Shown here piece after piece: positions 37,442 to 45,917 of a stretch of 64,000 nucleotides of DNA (position 1 is the first letter of the stretch; every line of letters starts with the position of its first letter). The notes below the pieces were generated by a model. The model had not been told where the DNA came from. It saw nothing but the letters and a program-made list of their open reading frames with translations, and did not search any database. Origin of the DNA: an uncultured Gemmatimonadales bacterium (lineage in GTDB: Bacteria; Gemmatimonadota; Gemmatimonadetes; Gemmatimonadales; GWC2-71-9); contig CAVYSW010000003.1 in the NCBI GenBank assembly GCA_963771275.1, positions 321,037-385,036 of the forward strand. The letters are read 5' to 3'. A program made the translations under genes and the position numbers.

Positions 37442-38625
37442 GCGGCCTCCGGCGCCTCGGCCTCGGCCAGCAGCTCCCGGCCCAGCCCCACGAGCCGCTC
37501 CCGCGGGACCTCGGGAGGCAGCGGGCGGGCGCGGAGATACGCGTCCAGCACCTCGGGCAGGGTCTGCCGCCGGGCGGCCCCGCCGACCCCGACCTCGCGC
37601 CGCGAGGCCGGCCGCCGCAGGTCGAGCCGGTAGTGCAGCGCGCGCGTCTTGGAGTCGCGGATCGCGGCATGATCGAGGTCCCGCGCCGTGAGCCGCGCGA
37701 CGTCGTACACGACCTGGCGCACGATCTGGCCGTCGATCCCGCCATCCACCCCGGCGATCCGGTCGCCGATCGCGCGGTCGAGCTCCGCCGCCGCCAGCCC
37801 GGCGCCGTGGATCGGCTCGAGGTCGATGACCCGCCGCGCCAGCGGAATCGGCCGGAACGTCACCTTGAGCCGCTTGCCCAGCTCGACCAGCAGCCACCCC
37901 TTGCCGCCGGGCGCGTCGGCCACGCCCTGCTCCGCCGATTCCCCCCATGGGTTGGTGGTGACGTACTCCGAGCCGCCGGCGTAATACACGTTGGCCTCCA
38001 CCCGCGTCGCGACGTGGTAGTGCCCCAGGGCGACGTAGTCGAACTCCGCGGCGTGGAGGTCGGCGCGCCGGATCGGCTCGGCGCCGTAGCCCAGAGCCGC
38101 CTGGGCCTCGTACGGCAGCACGCCCTCGACCTCGCGATGCGTTACCAGCACGTTCCGGCCCATCGTCGGGTCGCGCGCGACCACCGGCCGGGGCACGTGG
38201 CTCCAGGCCGTGTGCGGCACGCACAGCACCGCGAGCCCAAGCCGCTCGAACACCAGGCGCCGCGACTCGTGCGCGGCCACGTGCACGCCCTCCACGGCCT
38301 CGAACAGCTTGAGGATGGTGCCCGTCTCCACCGAGCGCGGCGTGTCGTGGTTGCCGGCCACCACGATCAGGGGCGCGTCGGGGAGCAAAGTGCGGAACCG
38401 GCGGAACTGCTGGAAGGAATCGAGAATCGCGGCGTTGGTCGGCCGCACCGAGTGGAACAGGTCCCCCGCGATCACCACCACGTCGGGCCGCGCGCCCGCC
38501 ACGTCGTCGAGCACGCGGCGGAACGCCTGCGCGACGTCCGCCTCGCGCTGATTGATCCCCTGTGGCGTCAGGCGCGTGTGCTGGCGGAACCCGAGATGGA
38601 GATCCGCGAGGTGCGCGAGCCTCAT
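37438..38625 (-). CDS. sbcD: SbcD/Mre11-family nuclease
   Basis: Start reset to MRLAHLADLHLG (ATG at 38625). Phosphoesterase motifs DLHLG, IAGDLFH, VAGNHD and GHYH. Confidence 0.9.
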   Translation of the reverse strand: MRLAHLADLHLGFRQHTRLTPQGINQREADVAQAFRRVLDDVAGARPDVVVIAGDLFHSVRPTNAAILDSFQQFRRFRTLLPDAPLIVVAGNHDTPRSVETGTILKLFEAVEGVHVAAHESRRLVFERLGLAVLCVPHTAWSHVPRPVVARDPTMGRNVLVTHREVEGVLPYEAQAALGYGAEPIRRADLHAAEFDYVALGHYHVATRVEANVYYAGGSEYVTTNPWGESAEQGVADAPGGKGWLLVELGKRLKVTFRPIPLARRVIDLEPIHGAGLAAAELDRAIGDRIAGVDGGIDGQIVRQVVYDVARLTARDLDHAAIRDSKTRALHYRLDLRRPASRREVGVGGAARRQTLPEVLDAYLRARPLPPEVPRERLVGLGRELLAEAEAPEAA

Positions 38626-38627
38626 GC

Positions 38628-39497
38628 TCAGGGCCGCAGCTCGTGTCGCACGGTCGTCTCCCAGCTCGCGCGCGCGTCCACCGCCCCACCGGGGCGCTGC
38701 ACGCGGAACGTGCCTTCGACATGCAGGCGCGCCGCCGCGGTCGCGATCGCGTTCCACGCCGCCGACCACACCAGCCGGCCCGCGAAGCTCCCGGCGAGCG
38801 CGATCTGCGTACTGCCGCTCTCGCTCTCCTGCGCGATGGCGCGCGGGTCGAAGCTCCCGGCGAATGACAGATACGCGATCGTGTCGTCCTCGGTGCGCTG
38901 CAGGCTGTCGAGCGTGAGGGTGAGATCGGCATACGCCCGCTGGTCGACCGCGAGCCCCGTCTCCGCGGGGATGCGCACGCGCGTCACGATGCTCGTCCCG
39001 GTGGCGAAGCTGCTCCCCACCGCCACCGGCGCGTCGGGGAACGCGAACCCCGGCCCCGCTATCATGCCGTACAGCGTTCGCAGCACCGCTTCGGCGGGGC
39101 CCCCGCCGCTCACCGTCGCCGCGGCGAACCTGGGGGACACCACGAGCCCCACCGGCTGCCGCGCGAACGCCGAGTCCACCACCGCCTTCCACGGCCCTCC
39201 CGACGCGCGGCGCCGAGTCCAGACCGAGTCGAGCGCGACGTCCACGCGGAACCCGCGGTCCCCGCCACCCAGCACGGTCTGCAGCGCGCCAAACCGCGTT
39301 TCCTCCTCGAGCACGGTCCCGTCCGGCACCGCCGGAAAGCCGGTGAGCACCGTCGCGGTCTGGATCTCGGTGAGCGTGCGCACCGACGCTCCCACCGCGG
39401 GGGCGTAGCGGAACTGGTAGGTCTGCTGCGCCGCGACGGGCGCGGCGACCCCGACCACCAACACCGTGAGCGCGAGCGGGCTCCCGCTATGGCGCAT
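38628..39497 (-). CDS. hypothetical protein with N-terminal signal peptide, embedded between herA-like and sbcD
   Basis: MRHSGSPLALTVLVVGVAAPVAAQQ, then a beta-rich body. GGAGGA lies 7 nt upstream. The ATG overlaps the herA-like 3' end by 11 nt, and the stop is 2 nt before the sbcD ATG. Confidence 0.55.
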   Translation of the reverse strand: MRHSGSPLALTVLVVGVAAPVAAQQTYQFRYAPAVGASVRTLTEIQTATVLTGFPAVPDGTVLEEETRFGALQTVLGGGDRGFRVDVALDSVWTRRRASGGPWKAVVDSAFARQPVGLVVSPRFAAATVSGGGPAEAVLRTLYGMIAGPGFAFPDAPVAVGSSFATGTSIVTRVRIPAETGLAVDQRAYADLTLTLDSLQRTEDDTIAYLSFAGSFDPRAIAQESESGSTQIALAGSFAGRLVWSAAWNAIATAAARLHVEGTFRVQRPGGAVDARASWETTVRHELRP

Positions 39498-41403
39498 AGG
39501 GATCCTCCACGTGGCGAAGCGGCGTCACCGCCGGCTGGCGCTCCGCGACCGGCTCACGCCTCACCGCGGCGCCGAGCCCCGCGGCGAAGAACGCCGACAC
39601 GTCCTGTGGGCGCGCGCGCCGGGTCGCCAGCACGGCCCGCCGCACGTCCTCCTCGCGGCGTCCCGCGATCAGGTCCTTCACGCGCGACGGCGCCACCCGG
39701 CGATCCAGCGCGGTGAGCTGGCGCACGACCGCGTCGGCGAACGGCACGTCCGCCTCGGGGGGGAACCGCTCCACCCCCTGCCGGCCGGCCAGCGCCGCCG
39801 GGCGCGGGAAGCGGACGAACACCGGCTGGGTGAAATGGGGATGCCGCACCATCAGCTCGCCCTTGGGCAGCGTCGCCAGCTTGCTCTTGGTGGCGGGCGA
39901 GAGGATCTGGTAGCCAGGCGTCGCGAGCTCGTCCATGTCCATCCGGCCGTACACCGTCGTGCCCGCGTTCCCCACCACCCGCCGATGCACCTGCGAGCGG
40001 AACTGCTGCGCCCCGAACAGCACCAGCCCCAGGTAGCGCCCCCGCTCCGAGATGTCCAGCAGCATCTTGCGCACGTAGGTCTCCGGGCCGTCGGCGGGGG
40101 CGTACTTGTTGAGCTCGTCCACGAACGCCACGACGCACTCGACGCCCAGGTCCCGCCGCTCGAGATGCTCGCGCAGCTTGGACACGACCCGGGTGAACAC
40201 GAGGTCCTGCCCCAGCTGGTCCACGCCCGCCACGTCCACCACATAGACGGCGCGGTCTTCGAACGCGCCGAACGGGAGATCGCTCCCGGTGGTGTCGTCG
40301 GTCACCAGCCCTTTGCAGCGGGTCGAGATGTTCATCAGGCGGTTGCGCACCTTGCGGATCGTGGCGACGTGATGCGTGCGCCACATGTCCCGGCCGCCGG
40401 CGGCCTCGAGGCCGTCGAAGATCGCGCGGAACAGCCGCTCGAGATCGGCGAAGCTCTCGACCCGATGGTGGGCGCCCCACTCGTCGGTGAACGCCTTGCC
40501 GACCACGCGATCCGCCAGGAAGTCGAGGAACGCGTCGGCCTTGGCATCGATGTCGTCGCGGTTGAGCAGCACCTCGCTGTAGTCGAGCACCTCGCGCAGG
40601 CCCCACACCAGCGGCTCGACGGCGTCCGCCAGGGCGGGGTGGCTCCGCAGCGTGTTCAGGTTCACGCCGTCGGGCTTGTACGGCGCGAACAGGCGTACCC
40701 GGCCGAACGGCTCGGGCCGGACGTCGAGCGCCGCGTACATCTCGCGGTCCGCCGCGGTCAGGTCCGCCGCCTGGTCGAGAAAGCAGAGGTCCGGGCCCTT
40801 CACGTTGAAGCAGACCGCCGCGATCCGCCCCTTCGCCGCCGGGAAGTGCTGGAACACGGCGTTGAGCAGGAACATCACGGCGCTCGTCTTCGTGGCGAGA
40901 CCGGAGACCCCGTTGATGTTGAGGTGGGCCGCCTCGGGTCCGAGCAGGAAGTCCGCGTCGAGGAACACCGGCGCGCGCATCCCGCCCGCCGCGTACAGCC
41001 CCACGGGGATCGCCGTCGGCGCCGCCCCCCGCACGTAGGCGTCCATCCGCAGGGCCACCGTGACGTCGTCGGGCGATGCCAGCCGCACGGCGGCGAGCGG
41101 CACGGGCTGGAGCGGCTCCTCGGGCTCCTGTCGCAGCACGGCCGCCGTCCACAGCCGGATCTCCGTCCGCCGGGTGGGCGGCGCCGCGGCCGCGGGATCG
41201 CCCTCGCTCGCCAGCACGTCGTGCAGCGGGGCCGCGAGGTCGGAATAGGCCCGCGCGTCCAGCACGACGCCGTACGCCGTCCGGCCCGCCCCGTCCACCC
41301 GCACGATGGCGCCGATCCCGATCGCCGTGTCGATCGCGGTCCAGAAGTGGAACTGCTGCGGGCTCGCCGGCAGCAGCTCGGTGGCCACCACCCGCCCGAT
41401 CAC
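39487..41403 (-). CDS. herA: HerA-like (FtsK/HerA superfamily) ATPase with HAS-barrel-like N-terminus
   Basis: Proposed GTG start at 41403 (VIGRVVATELLPASPQQFHFWTAID...GAIVRVD...AYGVVLD looks like a HAS barrel). P-loop region NINGVSGLATKTS, Walker B VVAFVDELNKYAP. The start is uncertain. Confidence 0.65.
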   Translation of the reverse strand: MIGRVVATELLPASPQQFHFWTAIDTAIGIGAIVRVDGAGRTAYGVVLDARAYSDLAAPLHDVLASEGDPAAAAPPTRRTEIRLWTAAVLRQEPEEPLQPVPLAAVRLASPDDVTVALRMDAYVRGAAPTAIPVGLYAAGGMRAPVFLDADFLLGPEAAHLNINGVSGLATKTSAVMFLLNAVFQHFPAAKGRIAAVCFNVKGPDLCFLDQAADLTAADREMYAALDVRPEPFGRVRLFAPYKPDGVNLNTLRSHPALADAVEPLVWGLREVLDYSEVLLNRDDIDAKADAFLDFLADRVVGKAFTDEWGAHHRVESFADLERLFRAIFDGLEAAGGRDMWRTHHVATIRKVRNRLMNISTRCKGLVTDDTTGSDLPFGAFEDRAVYVVDVAGVDQLGQDLVFTRVVSKLREHLERRDLGVECVVAFVDELNKYAPADGPETYVRKMLLDISERGRYLGLVLFGAQQFRSQVHRRVVGNAGTTVYGRMDMDELATPGYQILSPATKSKLATLPKGELMVRHPHFTQPVFVRFPRPAALAGRQGVERFPPEADVPFADAVVRQLTALDRRVAPSRVKDLIAGRREEDVRRAVLATRRARPQDVSAFFAAGLGAAVRREPVAERQPAVTPLRHVEDPYAP

Positions 41404-41420
41404 GGGCCCCGGTGCGCTGG

Positions 41421-42344
41421 TCAGCTCCAGCCTCCCGCGTGTGCTCGGAGATACACCTCGACTTCGTGCATCGGATAGATCAACCGGTCCCACCGCTGGT
41501 CCGGCGCCGCGATCGGGGTGCGCTCGGCAAGCAGCCAGCGACTCACCATGGTCGCCTCGGCCGGCGCGGCGGCACCCCCCAACCGCTCGATTCGCGTGAG
41601 CCCATGCAGCAGATCCTCCTCGGGCCACGGCCACAGCCTAAGGTACCACGAATGCGTCTCGGCACCGCCCCCCGATCGGGCAAACACGCTGGAGCGCGAC
41701 CCGGCGGGCAGCGTGAGCGCCACCTCGAGGTCCGGCCCGTCGAGAAACTGGGTCTCGTGCTCCTTCACGATGCCGATCGCGTGCTCGGCACCCGCCAGCT
41801 GGGCGAGCCCGGACACCCCGCCGTCCACGAACAGCCACGCGCCGGGTCGCGCGGCAAGGAAGGCGCGCGCCGCCGCGATCTCGCACGCGGAGCGGCGCTG
41901 CTCGATCACCTGGGTGGCCGCCCAGAGGTCCACCAGCGGATGCGGCCGCGGTCCCGGGTCGCTGTCGCGCACGGGCAGGCCGATCGCCTCCAGCGCGTCG
42001 CGCTGCGGCGCCGCCAGCCGCGCGCCCGGCACGACCAGGAACTCGTCCCCCGCCCGGGCCGCGCAGTGCAGCATGCCGGCCCGTCGCTCGAGCACCGCGG
42101 CGTCCACGTAGGCGCGCACCACCGGCGTGAGCCCGATGTGTCCATCCACAACGTATTGCTGGATGCCGTCCACGAACCCGACGCCCTCGGGGGCCGGCGC
42201 CGGGGCGCCGACGTCCAGCGCCGCGATGGCCCTGCCCTCGACCACCCGCGATTGGGCGAACGGTTTGGCCACCGGCTGCGGGGCGAACCGCCGCACGGCC
42301 CCGCGGGCGGCGGTCCCACCAGCCCGCGCCAGCGCCTCCCGCAT
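41421..42344 (-). CDS. nurA: NurA-like nuclease
   Basis: Start reset to MREALARAGG (ATG at 42344). NurA-like blocks by eye: VGFVDGIQQY, LFVDGGVSGL, IGIVKEHETQFL, SWYLRL and LIYPMHEVEVYL. It sits directly upstream of the herA-like gene. Confidence 0.55.
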   Translation of the reverse strand: MREALARAGGTAARGAVRRFAPQPVAKPFAQSRVVEGRAIAALDVGAPAPAPEGVGFVDGIQQYVVDGHIGLTPVVRAYVDAAVLERRAGMLHCAARAGDEFLVVPGARLAAPQRDALEAIGLPVRDSDPGPRPHPLVDLWAATQVIEQRRSACEIAAARAFLAARPGAWLFVDGGVSGLAQLAGAEHAIGIVKEHETQFLDGPDLEVALTLPAGSRSSVFARSGGGAETHSWYLRLWPWPEEDLLHGLTRIERLGGAAAPAEATMVSRWLLAERTPIAAPDQRWDRLIYPMHEVEVYLRAHAGGWS

Positions 42345-42358
42345 GCGCGCCCGCGCGG

Positions 42359-43003
42359 TCAGGCGGCGACCCTGAGCGCGGCGAGCAGCCCGTCGCGCAC
42401 CGGAATGACGGCGGGCACGAGGCGCGGGTCCCGCGATACGAGGCGGTTGAACGCCCGCATGCCCTTCACGTCGGCGCCGCGTGCGGCCGGATCCGCCACG
42501 CGGCCGTGCATGAACGTGTTGTCGCACAGCAGCAGCCCACCCACGCGCAGCAGCCGCATGGCGGCCACGAAGTAGCGCGGCAGCGGCGCCTTGTCCGCGT
42601 CGAGGAACACCGCGTCGTACGGCGCCCGCAGGGTCTCCAGGGTATCGAGCGCCTCCCCCACGAGCAGCTCGACGCGATCCGCCACGCCCGCGCGCGCGAA
42701 CGACCGGCGCGCGTACGCGGCGTGCTTCTCGCTGCCCTCGATCGTCGTGAGGCGGCCACCGGGCGGCAGCGCCCGCGCGATCCAGATCCCGCTGTACCCG
42801 CCGAGCGTGCCCACCTCGAGCACGTGACGCGCGCCAATCAGCCGCAGCAGCAGGCCGAGGACGGCGCCCTCTTCCGCGGACACGTTGATCGGCGGGAGGT
42901 CGGCCGGCCCGTGCCCGGCGCGGACCGCCGTGAGCGCGGCGTCTTCCCGGGCGAACAGCTTGGCCACGTAGGCCGCCAGCCGGTCGTCCGCGGCGCCGCT
43001 CAC
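42359..43003 (-). CDS. class I SAM-dependent O-methyltransferase (caffeoyl-CoA OMT-like)
   Basis: GTG start at 43003 (GTGA overlap with the upstream stop). SAM-binding region VLEVGTLGGYSGIWIA, plus VFLDADK and LLCDNTF. Confidence 0.8.
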   Translation of the reverse strand: MSGAADDRLAAYVAKLFAREDAALTAVRAGHGPADLPPINVSAEEGAVLGLLLRLIGARHVLEVGTLGGYSGIWIARALPPGGRLTTIEGSEKHAAYARRSFARAGVADRVELLVGEALDTLETLRAPYDAVFLDADKAPLPRYFVAAMRLLRVGGLLLCDNTFMHGRVADPAARGADVKGMRAFNRLVSRDPRLVPAVIPVRDGLLAALRVAA

Positions 43004-43491
43004 GGGGTCTCGGGCAGCGGCGGCACGTGGAGCAGCCACAGACCCGCCACCCCGCCGCGCGCGTCGAGGTCCACCAGGAAGTTCTCCGCCACCTTGACCG
43101 TGCGCGCCAACGGGTGGAACCGCAGGTGGATCAGGGATTCCTGCTGGGTCACGTCGGCCGCGATCGGCGTCGCCAGCTCGAGGACGCCGGCGGTCGCGCC
43201 GAGCTCGGTGAGCACGACGCGCGCCGACGCCGCGTCGTGCGGCGCCACGAGCCCGCCCCGCCGTGCCAGATCGGGCCAGACCACCACCTCCACGCCGCAC
43301 AACACGCCACCCACCACCTCCAGCAGGACCACCGCGCCTTCGGGGCTCTCCAGCTCGACCGATCCCGAGAACCCGTCGCCGCGCTCCGCCGGCTCCGAGC
43401 GGCCGGACAGGATCTCGGTCTCGGGGTCCCAGCAGAACGGAAGCGCCAGAAGCGCTGCGCGCACATCCCGAATCTCCGCCGCCAGGTGCAT
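43000..43491 (-). CDS. hypothetical protein, tentatively tandem DUF2283-like
   Basis: Start reset to MHLAAEIRDV (ATG at 43491). Two similar halves end in GAVVLLEVVGGVLCGVEVVVWP and FLVDLDARGGVAGLWLLHVP, which resembles the DUF2283 pattern. Confidence 0.4.
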   Translation of the reverse strand: MHLAAEIRDVRAALLALPFCWDPETEILSGRSEPAERGDGFSGSVELESPEGAVVLLEVVGGVLCGVEVVVWPDLARRGGLVAPHDAASARVVLTELGATAGVLELATPIAADVTQQESLIHLRFHPLARTVKVAENFLVDLDARGGVAGLWLLHVPPLPETP

Positions 43492-43493
43492 CG

Positions 43494-44681
43494 CTACGCG
43501 CCCCGCATGAATCGATCGATCCGCTCCAGCGCGCCCGCGAGGACCTCGTCGGGCGCGGCATAGCTCAAGCGCACCCAGCGCGGGTCGCCGAACGCGTCCC
43601 CCGGCACCAGCGCCACGCCTTCCTTGGTGAGCAGCCGCTCGCTGAACTTGGCCCCGCTCGTCAGGTCGCCGCCGAACATGTGGTCGACCCGGAAGAAGAA
43701 GAAGAACGCGCCGACGGGGTCGACGAACTCGACGCCCGGCAGGTTGCGCCGGAAGTAGCTCTCCACCAGGTCGCGCCGTGCGCGGAACGCGTCCACCATG
43801 CGGGCGACGTCCTGCTCCACGTGGTCGTCGCCGAGCGCCGCCGCCGCCGCCCACTGGGAGATCTGGGACGTCCCGCTGGTCATGTGCGACTGCAGACCCG
43901 CCATCGCCTTGGCGACGGGTTGCGGCGCGAGCGCGATCCCCACCCGCCAGCCGGTCATCGCGTACGCCTTGCTCACGCCTGTCACCATCACCACCCGCTC
44001 GAGCAGCTCGTCCGGCAGGTCGAGCACCGACGGGGCCGGCCCCGGTCCGTAATGGATCCGTCGGTAGATCTCGTCCGAGATCAGCCACAGTTCGTGCTTC
44101 CGCGCCCACTCGGCGATCGCCTTGAGCTCGGAGCGCGTGTAGACCGCCCCCGTCGGGTTGCACGGTGTCGACAGGATCACGCCGCGCGTGAGCGAATCGC
44201 GCGCCCGCTCGAGGTCCTCGACCCCCACCTTGAGGCTCCACTCCACCGCCCCGGGAACCGGCACCGGCTCGGCCCGCGCGAACCGCACCATCTGGGGAAA
44301 CGACACCCAGTACGGCGTGGGGATCAGCACCTTGTCGCCCGCGCCGAACAGGGTGAAGCAGGTGTTGAACAGCGACTGCTTGGCGCCGGTCGACACCACC
44401 ATGTTGTCGGCGTTCACCGGCCGCCCGCCGGACAGCAGCGACAGGTTGCGGGCGGCGGCCGCCCGCAGCTCCAGCAGCCCGGTGTTGGGCGGGTAGTGCG
44501 TCTTTCCCTGCTGGATCGCGCGGATCCCCGCTTCGGCCGCGATGCGCGGCGTCTCGAAATCGACCTCGCCGACCGACAGATCGATCACGTCCTCGCCCGC
44601 GGAGCGACGCTGGTGGGCGAGTTGGGAGATCATCATCGTCTCGGACGGCTTCAGGTACTCGAGGTTCTTCGAGAGTCTCAT
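43494..44681 (-). CDS. class I pyridoxal-phosphate-dependent aminotransferase (aspartate aminotransferase-like)
   Basis: PYWVSFPQM, NPTGAVY and SKAYAMTGWRVG (PLP-binding Lys). Confidence 0.9.
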   Translation of the reverse strand: MRLSKNLEYLKPSETMMISQLAHQRRSAGEDVIDLSVGEVDFETPRIAAEAGIRAIQQGKTHYPPNTGLLELRAAAARNLSLLSGGRPVNADNMVVSTGAKQSLFNTCFTLFGAGDKVLIPTPYWVSFPQMVRFARAEPVPVPGAVEWSLKVGVEDLERARDSLTRGVILSTPCNPTGAVYTRSELKAIAEWARKHELWLISDEIYRRIHYGPGPAPSVLDLPDELLERVVMVTGVSKAYAMTGWRVGIALAPQPVAKAMAGLQSHMTSGTSQISQWAAAAALGDDHVEQDVARMVDAFRARRDLVESYFRRNLPGVEFVDPVGAFFFFFRVDHMFGGDLTSGAKFSERLLTKEGVALVPGDAFGDPRWVRLSYAAPDEVLAGALERIDRFMRGA

Positions 44682-45811
44682 TCCCGGATGGCTCCGTGGC
44701 GTCGCAGGATGGCGATCGTGGAATCGAGCGGCAGCGCCGCCACGGTTCCGCGCATTCCGCGCACGGTCGTGGCAAGGAACAGGGAATTATACACGGCCTC
44801 TTCGGTCGCCTCGATCACCGCCTCGAACAACGGGCTCATCGCCTCATTCGCCACCGGCGGGGCGGTGCCGGCCCGGGCGGTCGCGAACGCGATCACGTAG
44901 TCGCCCGAGCCGTTGCTCATGGCGCTCCCCGTCCGCGCGAGACCGGCGAGCGCGCGGCGCGCCAGCCGCTCGAGATTGCGGTGATCCGCCGGGGCGTCGG
45001 TCGCGACGACGACCATGACGGACCCGTCCGCCCCTCCCCCCGTCCCCCTCCCCCTCGCATCCGGCTTCAGGTAGTACTGCCCCAGCTCGATCCCCACCGG
45101 CGCCCCGTTGACGCTGAGCACGCCGCCAAAATTGGTCTGCACCAGCACGCCGACCGTCCAGCCCCCGAGGCCCGGCGGCAGGCGCCGGCTGGCGGTCCCG
45201 ATCCCGCCCTTCCAGCCGAACGCCACCGTGCCGCGGCCCGCGCCCACGCTCCCCTGCTCCACCGCACCCGTGTCGGCCCGCGCGATCGCGCCGAGCACGT
45301 CGGCCTGCGTCACCGCCCGGCGGCGGATGTCGTTCAAGAACCCGTCGTTGGTTTCCCCCACCACGACGTTGGCGGACCGCACGTCCGCGTTGCCGGGGAG
45401 CCCGAGCAGCCACGTGAGCGCGGCGTCGGCGACGCGCGGCACGCACAGCGTGCACGTAAGCAGGATCGGCGACTCGATCTCGCCAAGCTCCTGCACCTGG
45501 GTGATCCCCATGAGCTTGCCGAAGCCGTTGCCCACCACGATCGCGCCCGGGACCTTGTCGCGGAACGGATTCCCCCCGTGCGGCAGAATCGCCGTAACGC
45601 CCGTGTTGATCGAGTCGCCGGCGGTGATCGTCGTCTGGCCCACCCGCACCCCCGCGACGTCCGTGATCGCGTTGCGCGGCCCGGGCGGCAGGACGCCCAC
45701 GACGACCCCCAGACTCCGCGCCGACTGCCGGGCGGGCTCCTGCCCGCCCGCCGGCCGGGGCAGCGCGAGCGCTGCCACTGCTGCCGCGATGATCGCTGAT
45801 CGAGGCACCAC
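44678..45811 (-). CDS. DmpA/S58 (P1) family aminopeptidase, secreted
   Basis: Signal peptide MVPRSAIIAAAVAALALP. Motifs NAITDVAGVRVGQTT, VVGETNDGFLND and GSVGAGRGTVAFGWKGGIGTASR. Confidence 0.8.
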   Translation of the reverse strand: MVPRSAIIAAAVAALALPRPAGGQEPARQSARSLGVVVGVLPPGPRNAITDVAGVRVGQTTITAGDSINTGVTAILPHGGNPFRDKVPGAIVVGNGFGKLMGITQVQELGEIESPILLTCTLCVPRVADAALTWLLGLPGNADVRSANVVVGETNDGFLNDIRRRAVTQADVLGAIARADTGAVEQGSVGAGRGTVAFGWKGGIGTASRRLPPGLGGWTVGVLVQTNFGGVLSVNGAPVGIELGQYYLKPDARGRGTGGGADGSVMVVVATDAPADHRNLERLARRALAGLARTGSAMSNGSGDYVIAFATARAGTAPPVANEAMSPLFEAVIEATEEAVYNSLFLATTVRGMRGTVAALPLDSTIAILRRHGAIRE

Positions 45812-45917
45812 AGGTCCCTTTCGTGAAGGTCGGCGTGGGTCCGCCCGCGAGCGGGGGCGGCGCGTTGCGTTGCTCCGGCGCCCAAGCTAGCATCCCTCCA
45901 CACGCGTTGCCACCGCC

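Noticed and set aside
35018-38932. A 1304-aa maximal ORF suggesting a giant SbcC, and the 584-aa, 715-aa and 400-aa maximal ORFs for the next genes upstream.
   Set aside because: The N-terminal extensions are low-complexity Arg/Ala/Gly and overlap the preceding gene's coding region. Internal starts (GTG 37441, ATG 38625, GTG 41403, GTG 43003) give canonical N-termini and 4-nt stop/start overlaps.
35018-45811. Reading the HerA/NurA/SbcCD chain as a mobile anti-phage defence island.
   Set aside because: I saw no integrase, transposase, tRNA target site, flanking direct repeats or compositional shift. Neighbours are housekeeping genes (aminotransferase, peptidase), and no Sir2 or DUF4297-type effector is present. 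Defence remains an alternative hypothesis, but an island is not supported.
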